Both the position numbers and the translations under genes were made by a program. A stretch of DNA of 62,931 nucleotides, the filler included, from Reticulomyxa filosa (taxonomy: Eukaryota; Protista; Foraminifera): the NCBI GenBank assembly GCA_000512085.1. It is 21 parts of 21 records of this genome, joined end to end, with 100 filler letters (N's around TTAATTAATTAA, not from the genome) between each part and the next. Parts side by side here need not be neighbours in the genome. Positions count along the whole stretch, not along the records: positions 1 to 1,882 come from ASPP01002818.1; positions 1,983 to 3,406 come from ASPP01026191.1; positions 3,507 to 5,237 come from ASPP01017311.1; positions 5,338 to 8,004 come from ASPP01002034.1; positions 8,105 to 9,180 come from ASPP01034762.1; positions 9,281 to 12,977 come from ASPP01020225.1; 15 more parts are not named here. One strand, 5' to 3'. How positions within the stretch are numbered: position 1 is the stretch's first letter; every line of letters starts with the position of its first letter. Below, one piece after another: positions 1 through 12,111 of the stretch. A model generated the notes under the pieces. It had not been told where the DNA came from and did not search any database. It saw only the letters and a list, made by a program, of their open reading frames with translations.

Positions 1-779
1 GTGCAACCATGTGCTTTTTTTCTGAACCTGGTGAATATGAATTTCATAAAAAATAGCAATTTTACATTCGATATATTTTTAATGTCCAAATACTTAGATT
101 TTCTTGCTTGTATATATGTATGCGAATGTCATTGGAAAGTCTTAATTCCAGCCATTAAAACAAAATTATTATGATAAAAATATTTATTACATGAAACTAT
201 TGCATTTGGCATATTTTTATAAAAAAAATGTAATTTGTGCAAATTGTGTTGAAGTATCTCGTCCACTCAATAATAAAAAAAGGTTAAAACACATGAAATA
301 TTATAACTATCGTACATGCAATACACTTCTTTTTTTTTTAGAAAATTATCATTATTAAGGAGTAATCAAATATGTTTGATGTTTTTATCATTGGATGAAA
401 AATAAAATCACAAAATATGATATTGAGCTTATTTGTTTTCCCATTGATTCTCACCTTGCTTTGGCTACAACTAATCAAGACAGAAAAGACGCGGAAGAGG
501 TTAATGAATTGTATATTCTTCTACACTTATTTTTTATCTGGATTATGATAACAAAATATAAAATAGTTGACACAACAAAATTGATAAAGATGAGAGAATT
601 ATTGTTTGGAATTACAACACTTTCAAAAATGAGCAACGAATATTTAAAGTGAAGTTAGTTAATAAGAAAGGTAGTATTATTGAATCAGGTGAAGGTGTTA
701 TGAAAGAATTTAAAAAAGTCAATCTTCATTTAAAATAATTTGGACTCTATTGCAACCAATCATAATTGGAAAAACAAAA

Positions 780-1420
780 ACAATTAAAAATCCATTTGTG
801 GTTATGATTGCAATTAGTGAATATATGAATACACAGAGGTGAATAATCTTCCAAATGTGAAAGAAACAGATGTAAAAAATTTCAAACAATTGTTTAAAAA
901 AGAATTGAATTATCAACTTGAATGTAATTCATCTCCATAAATGAGGAAACAAGATGTTCAATCATTTTTAGTTGAATTAGTTGTAAATCATAAACTTTAT
1001 AAAATAAACAACTATGATGAATTGGTAATGATAATTTATGGACATGGAGGGGATGAAAATAAGTTAGTGGCAAGTGTGGAAACAGTTATCACTTAATAAA
1101 ATACGTATGATATTTAATTGAAAATGGAATCTTTTAAAAATATTTATTATTAATGTTTGTTGTGCTGAAAATGCTCCAACATCCAAAAACAACAGCGAGA
1201 GACAATATAAACAAAAATAAGGCATTACATGGACATGGTGATAATGGATTTTTGATGATTTGATCAACTGCACAAGGATACAAAATTTCTAATTATCATT
1301 GTTGAATAATTGCATGACAAAGTCTGTCAAATCCAAATATAAAAGTAGACATAACAAATATTGGACCATATTAGACAGGGTATTTGTGCTAGTAAAAGAC
1401 ATCACTGATTATGACACCAT
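780..1420 (+). pseudogene. Caspase-like (peptidase C14) pseudogene
   Basis: Stitched frames read IKNPFVVMIAISEY..NLPNVKETDVKNFKQLFKKELNY..YDELVMIIYGHG (His motif 1040-1048)..KIFIINVCCAE (compare caspase KIFIIQACRG)..GFLMI*STAQG (p10-like). Several frameshifts and stops. Confidence 0.75.
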
Positions 1421-1882
1421 TTTTCAACAAAGAAAATCTACATAAAATCTTTATTTTTTTTTTTTGCAAGAAATAAGTAATTGACTGATTTAAGACCTTT
1501 CCTTTCATTGGATTATTTTTATTTTTAAGTTTCAAATGTTTGACAAATTCTTTCTAAAATAAAATTAAAAAAAAGAAGAATCAATGTTGGACATAATAAA
1601 AAGAAAAAATATGATAAAGTTGTTGTACAAGTTATTGAAACATGTGTATTCGACACTGTTATATTGTAATAGATATGAAATCAAATTACTTGAACTTCTT
1701 TACAAGATAATATATTTATTTTTTTTGTTAAAGAAAAAAAATGAATATTTGATATATGTTTATGTGTTTGACAAAGATGTTACTTTGAATGTCAACTTAC
1801 TGTTGTGTTGGAATTCTCACTCACTCATGGATATGTTATCGATACATTCTCGATAACGCAAAGGTGGATACATAACATGTTG

Positions 1883-1982
1883 NNNNNNNNNNNNNNNNNN
1901 NNNNNNNNNNNNNNNNNNNNNNNNNNTTAATTAATTAANNNNNNNNNNNNNNNNNNNNNNNNNNNNNNNNNNNNNNNNNNNN
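1883..1982. other. Artificial contig spacer (first of 20; others start at about 3407, 5238, 8005, 9181, 12978, 14313, 15620, 17462, 25216, 33123, 34676, 36490, 41335, 44370, 50442, 57180, 58314, 59900, 61299)
   Basis: Identical 100-bp N-run/TTAATTAATTAA/N-run linker with stops in all six frames; genes are cut off at these points. Confidence 0.98.
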
Positions 1983-3507
1983 CGCAATGCACAAAGGATG
2001 ATGAAAGAAAAGTATATTTTTCTTCATGGTGTTTATGCACTGACAAAAGATAATGTAATACCCTTTTTGCTGTTCTCATGTATTTGTTTATTAAAAACAA
2101 TTAAAAAAGAAAAATTGAGTTATTTATTTTCTTTGAAGAACATCTGAACCTCCAGATTCGAAAAACAAACTATTCAAATCTTCGTTTCAACAAATTAATC
2201 TATTTGCAAAATACTCTTTTAAGAAAATGGAAATAACCAGGAATTTAAGATAGACATTTACAAATTACACTTGCATTCGTTTTGTTATTTATGTTAAACA
2301 AACGCGATTTACAAACAAATATTTGATTTTCGTCTTTATTGTTATCCACAAGATATTTCCAAAAAAAAGAACGCAAGGGATTAAATTTTTGCTGTAGTTT
2401 TCATTTGCCTTCTTAGAAAATTAAAAATAAATAAAGCTGTCCCTTTTTAAACTTTGAATTCAATTCACTTTTATGTTAAAAAATTGTAATATTTAAATTT
2501 AGTAAATCATCAAATACGAGATTAAATCATATTTCTCTTGCAAAAATTATTTACAGACATTCAATAAGCAAAAAGATTATGTTGATTATTTGATTATAAT
2601 TGATACAAAACACAGTGTAAACTATTATCAATTACCTTGCAACTGCTTCTCTTTCACGCTTAAGTTATTATTTTGAAAAAATAAAAAAATAACAGAGATA
2701 TTCAAATTAATTATTCATAAGTATTTTCTTTAGGATTCTTTGAAAGATTTTCCAAAATATTTATTGTCGTGGTGAAAATATTCCAACAACAAGAGGAATA
2801 AATATAAACAAAAATATGTGATTATGTGATTATGTGATCAACCATTTGATCAGCTACACACTAGAATATCAAATTACGGGTTCAAATGATTCATTTGAGA
2901 CTTTTGTTGTTTTTATTTAAGTTTCAAATATTTTTGCAAAACTCAATGAAGTACTTTGATCACAAAAATACTCTATTCTTTCATGAGCAATTGAATAATA
3001 ATTTTGGTTTAATTTGCTATAAAAAATAAAATTAATAATATCTATAATTCGCTTTAATAAAAAATTCAAAAATAAGCAACATTCTATTTTTTTAATTTCA
3101 AAATTTTTGCACTATAAAATTGTTGTGATGCAAAAATATTTTACAAAATGTAACATTTATCTTTCATTTCAAAATGTGTTTAATGTACACATTCGTTCAG
3201 TTTTTCCTTTTTTAAACAAAAGTTAGGCCATTTTTTTCCTCTTTCCTCATCAAAAAACATATCAAGAAAAAAACTAAAAGCTCAAGAATGAATTTAAATC
3301 TAATAGTGAAAGTCAAGTCTAATTGTCTTTTTGTTTTTATTATTTCTTTTATTTAGCGTTATTACATTTAATTGAAATAGTCAAAAGAAAAAGAAGAAAT
3401 TCAAATNNNNNNNNNNNNNNNNNNNNNNNNNNNNNNNNNNNNNNNNNNNNTTAATTAATTAANNNNNNNNNNNNNNNNNNNNNNNNNNNNNNNNNNNNNN
3501 NNNNNNA

Positions 3508-3550
<43 letters not shown>

Positions 3551-3555
3551 AATAC

Positions 3556-4041
3556 CGTTTCTGTCATGTCTGGGAAACCAGGCACTGAGTGAATCAGCCA
3601 AAAACCACTCTGAAAGTTTTGACTTGCATCAAATGCCAACACCCCTTTGGTGTGTCCATAACTACTTGGCGCGCTTCCGTTTACAGTCTCGTCATTATAT
3701 ACTATATAGTTTACACCTGTCTTGTCCTTGTAGACTTGATTCAGTGTCCTTTCCAACGCTGAATTTAGCCCGCCTTGCAAAGTTTGTCCATTTGTCTGCA
3801 CTTTCAATCCCACTTCAGTCCCGTTCTCAAAGTACGCATAGTCGTACCCATTGTTTACTTTGTATATAAACCTTTTTATTCCCATATCACAGAATGTTCT
3901 TTTCATTTGTTCTTGTTTTTTTACCCTTTTCCTTTTTTTGTAAACTAACCACCAGTTAACAGGGTTACCGGAATTGTCCAAACATTGCAATTCACTTTTG
4001 ATTGGTTGCCATATCAAACAGCATAATAGCAAAAACAACAT
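3556..4041 (-). CDS. DNASE2: Deoxyribonuclease II, N-terminal part (3'-truncated; 78-nt in-frame intron 3872-3949)
   Basis: Signal peptide, then LQCLDNSGNPVNWW|FIYK, YIVYND, GHTKGVLAFD (HxK) and GFWLIHSVPGFP, all DNase II hallmark motifs. Confidence 0.92.
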
Positions 4042-4395
4042 TTTCACGTAATATATAGTTGTTTTTTTTTATAGGTTTCGTAAAAAAAAAAAAAACCCTT
4101 TTTTCCTTCAACGAGCTAATATAGGTTTTTTCTTTTGTTCATTTCTATTTTCACTCTTGACAATTAGTGATGAAACGTGTGAGTGTTTGATATTGTTGGT
4201 GATGGATCCAATAAATGTTTATGAATAACTGATAAGAGCCAACAATAAACATTTGAAAGAAAATGGATAAGTTACAAAGAGCACATTTTCAATAAAATAA
4301 AAAATAAAAATAAAAAAAAGAAAATTCAATGTGATGTATTCATCCCTTAAGTTAAAAAAGGGATTTTTTTTTTTAAAAAAAAAAAAAGGAGATAT

Positions 4396-5164
4396 TTATA
4401 GTGACAAGGTATATAATTTATTGAAAAGCGTGTATTCGATATTGGTTGAGTTGGAACCACCTACGCAATCCTGTTTGCTCAAAAGCCTTTTTTGCATTTC
4501 CATGACAAGAAAGTCAATAGCGTCCATTCGACTCCAATCCCAGAGTTGTTGATGTTTCCATTGTCTTAGTTTTTTGTCGACAACATAGATAAAGTACTTG
4601 CGAACTCGCAAGACATTTTCATGCATCGCAGCGATTTCCGGATGTCCATGCACAGCGGACATGATTTGATGAGCGCTTTTGCGTCGAACATCGACGTGAA
4701 AGCGTTGAGTGAGTAAGTACTCAAGCCAGTCGCTGTCGTTTGACAAGAGATTGACATGTTGTTCGGACAAGACGACACAAAACGTGTTCCAATTGAGAAT
4801 GCTTTCAAAGGCCAGCCAATGTGCGTCACACCCGACAATGACAGGGATGCACCCATTGATGATGGCCGTATACACACGTGCTCCGTTTTCGACATCGCCC
4901 CGAGTGACAGCGCAGAAGATGCTGTTTTGGTACAGAAGCATAAAATTATTTTTGTCGGTGAGTTGCGCATGCGCATGTGCATGTGCATGTGCATGTGCAT
5001 GTGCGTGTTCATTTGTGGGATCACTGCGAGAAAAGTGTAGCATGAAGCACAAGTCCTCACCAAATTGATCGATGCAACGTTTCAAGGTTTCGAAGATGGC
5101 CTTTCGATATGGAACGGAATTCCCACTCGATTCGAGTGAGAACGCAGCAACAGCCAAATGTTTT
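4396..5164 (-). CDS. Exostosin-like glycosyltransferase (GT47), C-terminal exon
   Basis: NSIFCAVTRGD..RVYTAIINGCIPVIV..LAFESILNWNTFCV matches the GT47 SxFCxxPxG..GCIPV..LPF..LDW motif; contains an (HA)n microsatellite. Confidence 0.8.
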
Positions 5165-5197
5165 CTTTTGTTGTGGTATTGATATTATTGCAAGTAC

Positions 5198-5237
<40 letters not shown>

Positions 5238-5746
5238 NNNNNNNNNNNNNNNNNNNNNNNNNNNNNNNNNNNNNNNNNNNNTTAATTAATTAANNNNNNN
5301 NNNNNNNNNNNNNNNNNNNNNNNNNNNNNNNNNNNNNAAATTTTCAAAAAAGCGCTTGTGTAATGTCAGATGATTTATGATATAAAAAAACCCTTTTTTT
5401 TTGTACTGTCAAAAAATTTTGACGCAATCATTTGTCTCAATTTTTACATTTTGCGTTCCAATAGAGTATTAACTTTAATATAATTGACATAGGTTAAATA
5501 TTTTTAATTGTCGAAAAATTTTCTCACTGTGGTCAATTTGTTGTACCCTGTTCAGAAGATAACTGTTCAAATATGGAATGCTGAATCAAGATAAGAAGTG
5601 ATGCGTAAATAAACTTGCTTTTTTGTCATATGAGTGCGTCTGCTGTCATTTCAAATCAAATATTCCATCATAAAAAAATAATATTCATCAAAATATAAAA
5701 AAAGTAAGAAACAAACAAATGAAAAATAAAAAAAAAACAAAAAAAT

Positions 5747-8004
5747 TCAAAAAGTTCCACCATATTTTTCAACAACGGACATCTGCAAAAAAGTTAAACC
5801 TTTTGCGTCTTTCCAAGTACTGTCCTTCAATGACAAGCAACTACCACCTTGCCAAATGCATTTCCACAAAATAGGTTTTTTATTTACATTTGATAAAGAT
5901 TGTTTACCATCGTCTGCAGCGCTAGCGGAAGATAAATCCCACAATCGAATAGTTGTGTCCCATGAGCCAGATACAATTTTGTTGCCATCAGGAGAAAATT
6001 GAACTGATTTAACAGTATTTGAATGACCTTCTACACATAAAATTTGTTTTCCAGTGAAAGCATTCCATAATCGAATGGTTTTATCAGATGAACCAGATAT
6101 AATTCTTTTACCATCAGGTGAAAATTGAACAGAATAAACATCATCCAAATGACCTTCTAAAGATAGAAGTTGTTTTCCAGTGGAAGCATCCCACAGGCAG
6201 ATTGTTTTGTTCGAACCAGATACAATTCGACTACCGTCAGGAGAGAATTGCACAGAAAAAATAAAACCTGAATGACCTTCTAAGGATAAAATTTCTTTTC
6301 CAGATGCTATATCCCACACTCGAACGATAGAGTCAAATGAACCAGTTACAATTCTGTTACCATCGGGTGAAAAGTGAACAGAATAAGTAATCTCTAAATG
6401 ATCAAAAGATTGAATTTCTTCTCCAGACAATATATTCCATAATCGAATGGTTCTATCGACTGAACAAGATGCAAGTCTGTTACCATCAGGTGAAAATTGA
6501 ATAAAACCGACAATATCAAAATGACCTTGAAAACATTGAAGTTGTTGCCCAGTGAATGCATCCCACAATCGAACCGTTCTATCGGATGAACCTGATGCAA
6601 TTTTACTACAGTCAGGCGAGAATTGAACAGAATTAACATAACTAAAATGTCCTTCTAAAGATTGAAGCTGTTTCCCAGATAAAGCATCCCATAATCGAAT
6701 GGTTTTATCCGATGAACAGGATACAATTTTTTTGCCATCGGACGAGATGTGAACAGAAAAAACACTATCTGAATGACCTTCTAAAGATTGAAATCGTTTT
6801 CCAGTGGATGGATCCCATAATCGAATAGTTTTATCAGCTGATCCAGATATGATCCTGTTACCATCAGGTGAAAATTGAACAGAAAACACATGTTCCGAAT
6901 GACCATCTAAAGATTGGAGTTGTTTTCCAGATGATACATCCCACAATCGAATTGTTTTATCATTTGAACCAGATATAACTTTTTCACCATCAGGTGAAAA
7001 TTGGACAAAAAAAACCTCAGCTGAATGACCTTCTAAACAAAAAAGTTGTGTTCCAGTTGATACATCCCACAATCGAACGGTAGTATCATATGAACCAGAT
7101 ACAATTTTTTTACCATCAGGTGAAAATTGAACAGAATTAACATTATCTGAATGACCTCCGAAATGTTGAAGCTCTTCTCCAGATAATGCATCCCACAGTC
7201 GAATAGTTGTATCCCATGAACCAGATAAGATTCTTTTGCCATCAGGTGAAAACTGAGCAGAATAAACATAATTTGAATGACCGTATAAACATAACAGGTC
7301 TTTTCCAGTTGATGCATCCCATACTCGAATAGTTGTATCCCATGAGCTGGATACAATCTTGCTGCCATCAGGAGAAAATTGAACATAAGTGACAATATCA
7401 GAATGACCTTGTAAAGATTGAAGTTGTTTTCCAGATGATGCATCCCACAATCGAATAGTTTTATCAGCTGAGCCAGATACAATTCTGTTACCATCAGGTG
7501 AAAATTGAACACAAAAAATACTATCTGAATGACCTTCTAGACATAAAAGTTGTTTTCCGGAAGATGCATCCCACAAACGAATGGTTTTATCACCTGAACC
7601 GGATACAATTCTGTTTCCATCAGGTGAAAAATGGACAGAAAAAACATAATCTGAATGGCCTTTGAGATGACCATATTCACCAAAGTTAATTTGATTTACT
7701 GATGCATTTGTGAAATTGGCATCTCTGAGACAAGCTCGAAAGAAGCTCACGTTATCCAAAATAGCCTCTTTGAAACTTGTCCCTTCAAGAAGGGCATGAT
7801 CTAGAATGGCGTGTGGTATGTTTATCTTATCCCAGTTTTGATAACTCATATCAATTCTTGCTGTATTCAGTATTGTTGCTGCATTCGCTGCTGCGATTGA
7901 TACAGCCGAGTTATTTTTAGATGATTGAATAAGTCTAAACAATCGCGATTTTAAATTTACAAATATTGACTTATTGTCATAAATCCTATCTGCAATGAAT
8001 TGAA
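5747..8004 (-). CDS. Pentapeptide-repeat plus 14 x WD40 protein, probably the C-terminal half of a NACHT/STAND-WD40 (NWD-type) protein; 5'-truncated
   Basis: ORF open to the contig edge; [46 protein letters not shown], followed by 14 repeats of about 42 aa (GHS..V..V.FSPDG..IVSGS.D.TIRLWD). Confidence 0.9.
5930..7675 (-). repeat. About 126-bp tandem WD40 repeat array (14 units) with high nucleotide similarity
   Basis: Recurrent ccatcaggtgaaaattgaac, atcccacaatcgaat and gaatgacc blocks at about 126-bp period. Confidence 0.93.
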
Positions 8005-8153
8005 NNNNNNNNNNNNNNNNNNNNNNNNNNNNNNNNNNNNNNNNNNNNTTAATTAATTAANNNNNNNNNNNNNNNNNNNNNNNNNNNNNNNNNNNNNNNN
8101 NNNNTTTTTTTTTTTTTTTTTTGAAATGATCACTATTTATTACAACATTAAAA

Positions 8154-9180
8154 GTCCGTCAGCGTACACAAATGCACCAACAACGAAGAAGCCAACAACG
8201 GTGCCAACGAAGAAGCCAACAAATAAGCCAACAGCCCTACCAACGAAGAAGCCAACAACAAAAACACCAACATTGATGCCAACAAAGAAGCCAACGACAA
8301 AGTCGCCGACATCGCCACCAACGAAGAAGCCAACAACCAAAGCGCCGACAAAGCCACCAACAAGGCCGCCAACAAAGCCACCGACAAAGCCACCAACAAA
8401 GCCACCAACAAGGCCACCAACAAGACCACCGACAAAGCCACCAACAAAGCCACCAACAAAGCCACCAACAAAGCCACCAACAAAACCACCGACAAGGCCA
8501 CCAACAAGGCCGCCAACAAGACCACCGACAAAGCTTCCAACCAAGCTGCCAACGAAGAGACCGACCAAAGTGCCGACCAAGTTACCGACCAAGTTACCGA
8601 CGAAAAGGCCGACCAAACCTCCAACGAAGCCTCCGACCAAGATGCCAACAAAGCCTCCGACGAAGATGCCAACCAAGCCTCCGACTAAGATACCAACCAA
8701 ACCTCCGACCAAGATACCAACCAAACCTCCGACCAAACTCCCAACTAAGATACCAACCAAACCCCCAACCAAACTCCCAACTAAGATACCAACCAAACCC
8801 CCAACCAAACTCCCAACTAAGATACCAACCAAACTGCCAACCAAACCGCCAACCAAACAGCCAACGAAACCTCCGACTAAATTTCCAACGAAACATCCAA
8901 CCAAGTTTCCAACCACATATCCAACCAAACATCCGACCAAACGTCCCACAAAACAGCCGACTTTGTTGCCTTCGTTTTCTCCTTTCCCTGCCCCTTCTCG
9001 GTTTCCAACGCTACGCCCAACTCATTTTCCAACGCAACCGCCCACCATGTCCCCCACACGTATACTGGCGCGTGTTCCGTCATCTTCACCTTCACGTGCG
9101 CCCAGCCGCGTGCCCACCTTGTCTCCTACACTTTCCCCGACGTCTCTTCCAACTTCTCCACTCACACGCGTTCCCACCAC
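8154..9180 (+). CDS. Pro/Thr/Lys-rich tandem-repeat (PTxP/PTKx) extensin- or mucin-like protein, internal exon, truncated
   Basis: Open frame of 12-bp units encoding PTKK/PTKP/PTRP/PTKL/PTKI; a likely AG acceptor precedes 8154. Confidence 0.8.
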
Positions 9181-9280
9181 NNNNNNNNNNNNNNNNNNNN
9201 NNNNNNNNNNNNNNNNNNNNNNNNTTAATTAATTAANNNNNNNNNNNNNNNNNNNNNNNNNNNNNNNNNNNNNNNNNNNN

Positions 9281-9509
9281 TTTCAAAACCATAGCTCACC
9301 AAGCGCTTCAAGATTTCGTGAATCTTTTCTATCCCCAAACTCGAATACATCTCACGGTTTTTCACATGACGCAATGACCTGTTTTCATGAGTCCACACCG
9401 TCTTGTTATTCTTCTTCCTCGCTGCTGTTGTTGTCGTTGTCGCACTAGGTTCTTTTTTTTTTTTGGTTTATTTTTTTAAAAAAATTTTTTTGTTTTTCCT
9501 TCTCACCCT

Positions 9510-9541
<32 letters not shown>

Positions 9542-10150
9542 GTTGTATATTGGAACCTGATCTGTTGTGTACGTATAAATGACGCTTGTCCACGTTAGCC
9601 TTGGCTGAGACGTTGCTTGAACTGTTATTGTTATTGCCGCCACATATTTGCGTCGTTGCTCCCTTTCCGTTGTTCGGTCGCATTGAAGAGCGCGTTGGGG
9701 ACGCATTTGGAAGGTGGAATACCAGTGGCGCTGTTTATTTTCAATTTTTTTCTTTTTTTTTCTCCCCTTCAATTTTCATCGCTCACATTTGTTATGGCCA
9801 AGCAAATACATTTTGAGAGAAGGAGGGGGAGAAAAAAAGTACATAAACAAAAAAAAAAAGAATTTTTTTGAAATGATAACAATAAGAACGGAAAAGGGGG
9901 GTGAAAAAACTGGCTCGGGAAAATGAAAATTTAATTACCTCCCAGAGTTTTCTGTAAGCGTTGACAATGAGGTGCAAATGACATCTATTGATTTTAAGGA
10001 CGGAATAGTCGCTGCAGCCAAGCAAATCATCCAATGATGTGAACTTTTTGATCAACAAAGGAATATGTTCAAAAAACAAATGATAAAGCAATTCTGTTGT
10101 ACTATGGGACGGCAGTGCGTTTTTCGTTTGTGGAATTAAACAATCTGAAG
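9281..10150 (-). CDS. Possible multi-exon hypothetical gene
   Basis: GC-richer open segments (LYHLFFEHIPLL..RKLWE|gtaatt; about 9560-9730; 9281-9445) separated by intron-like T/A tracts; frames not firmly resolved. Confidence 0.35.
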
Positions 10151-10344
10151 ATTCGATTTATCACTACACAAAAAGCGTTGTATACTTCGGCAGTTTTGCA
10201 GTACTGTAAGAGTTGATAAAGTTAAGTGAGACAAAAGGAGAACACCAAGAGGTTCAGAAACAGCAAACAAAGGGGACAGAAATAATATTGAACCTTTTTG
10301 TTGTTCATTTGTTAAAAGTGGTCTGCTTTGTTTTAGAAATTTAG

Positions 10345-11361
10345 GCTGTTATTTGAGCAAAATATGTTGGGCAAAAAATTATTATCTCCAAATTCCGTTG
10401 TACTTACGGGCGTTCCTTGTCTCGAAAACGTTTCTTCCAGAAAGTATCATCGACTGGCTGCCCAATATCGTCGGTGTGTGCAAAAAAAAAAAAAGATCGC
10501 TTCGACGTAACAATTATTTGAATAGTTTCTTTTGCAAGTGGTGCATTGATACTTAGTATACCTTCTCAAAAAACCTACCCAACAAACAAAGCAAAAAAAG
10601 AAAAACAGTTTCTAATAAATGTTGATGGTAAAAGAGCCGTGTTGTAATGTGTGATGGTGGATAGAGCAAAAAACCCAGAGCCCTTTGTGTTAATACACCA
10701 ACTGAAGACATTGAACGAAAGGGTCAAAACATTGGAAACTCAGTACCAAGTAAGCGTCGGTTCGATCCAAAGTACCAATTCCAACAAACAACTGTTATTC
10801 TATCTTTTGATTCTCCCCTTTTTTTTTTTTATGTATATACATTGCCAACTTTTTTTTTTTTGAAAAAAAAAAGGATGGGAAAAAGAGGGAAGCTTGCAAA
10901 AAGTTGATTGCAACAACAGCCAAAACAAAAAATGTAATAAGTAATAAGTAATAAGTAATCTCTGGCAACCAAACAAACACTGATAGAGAAGAGATGAATC
11001 AAGCTGAAATGATGCAATGCAGTTGAGATACGCACGTAAAGAGAGGCGTATGCGTGGTGTTTGTGTCGTTTTTTCCAAATGCAACGCTAACAAATGTTCA
11101 TCGAATTTTCTTTTCTTCTCTACTTTTTCTGCCCACAACATGCAAAACAAGGCTGAGCTTTATGTTTGTTGCGTATCAGTGCAAATGCTAGTGCAGCAAA
11201 GAGAAGAGCTCGAAAGAAGCTGGAACCGACTTGCAGGGGATAAGAAAGAGATAGAAAACGAAAAAAGGATGTTGAAAGAGGAAAATCAAAAATTAGATGT
11301 TTTGAAACAAGAATGGAACAAACGAATGGTATGCGCTATGGATTGGAATTTTAATCCGTGA
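10345..11361 (+). CDS. Multi-exon coiled-coil hypothetical protein
   Basis: Phase-compatible exons ..RLAAQYR|RAKNPEPFVLIHQLKTLNERVKTLETQYQ|gtaag, and a later heptad exon QQREELERSWNRLAGDKKEIENEKRMLKEENQKL. Confidence 0.5.
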
Positions 11362-12111
11362 ACGACAATCCCTTCACATCGTCATTTGCGTTTTTTTGTT
11401 TTAAGCCTTTTGAGAAGAGAAAAAGACGAGGAAGAAGGAGGCGAAGCAGAAAAAAGATTTACACCAAAAAAAGTCTTTTTTGCTCTTCTGCCATCTCTCA
11501 CACGCGCAACACATAACATTTTTGTTATGGGATGTTAGCACATCTGTTCATGTTTTGTTCCAGTCAGTTATATTAATTTCTTTCCCCCTCCCCATCACTC
11601 AATTCGTCTAATTTTGTTCACTCGAAGAAAATGAGAAGGAAAAAAATGACATAGCCTTATAATTCTTTTTTTTAGTGGTTCTGCATTTCATTGTAAAGTG
11701 CGTTTCAAAACGTCGTAGCATCTTGTATGTTTGGATAAATCGTTCGACAGGAAAGAATATTATCGCTAGCAGACACAAAATGATAGCGATATTTTGTCTT
11801 TTTAATATAAAAAGCTTTTATTGTTTTTATTTGATTTGAAAAAACTCCCCTTTTTTTCATCTATTTACACTTATCCACTATCCTGTATGTGTATGAACAA
11901 ACTCCTTTAAATCGATACGAAATTGCTTTTTCTAAAATGATAAAATCTGAGGGAAGCAGTTTTAAAAAATGGTTTAATTAATGCTCTTTTTTGCTCCAAA
12001 GAGAAAATGATAGAAACAATGAAGAGAAGTGAATGCAAACTCTTTTAAACTAGAAAAACAAAAAAGCTGCTTAATCTTATGATAAACAAACAAAAACACA
12101 AGGCAAATGTT

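Noticed and set aside
1983-3406. Contig 2 and its short (ATGTGATT)x3 repeat near 2816-2840
   Set aside because: AT-rich non-coding sequence; the repeat is a trivial slippage product
780-8004. Caspase relic, DNase II and WD40 receptor as a physically linked cell-death cluster
   Set aside because: They lie on different contigs separated by spacers, so adjacency is arbitrary
8140-8949. Long antisense Gly/Val/Leu-rich ORFs, and similar shadow ORFs over the WD40, coiled-coil and TPC genes
   Set aside because: Stop-free by-products of repetitive or biased codons on the coding strand
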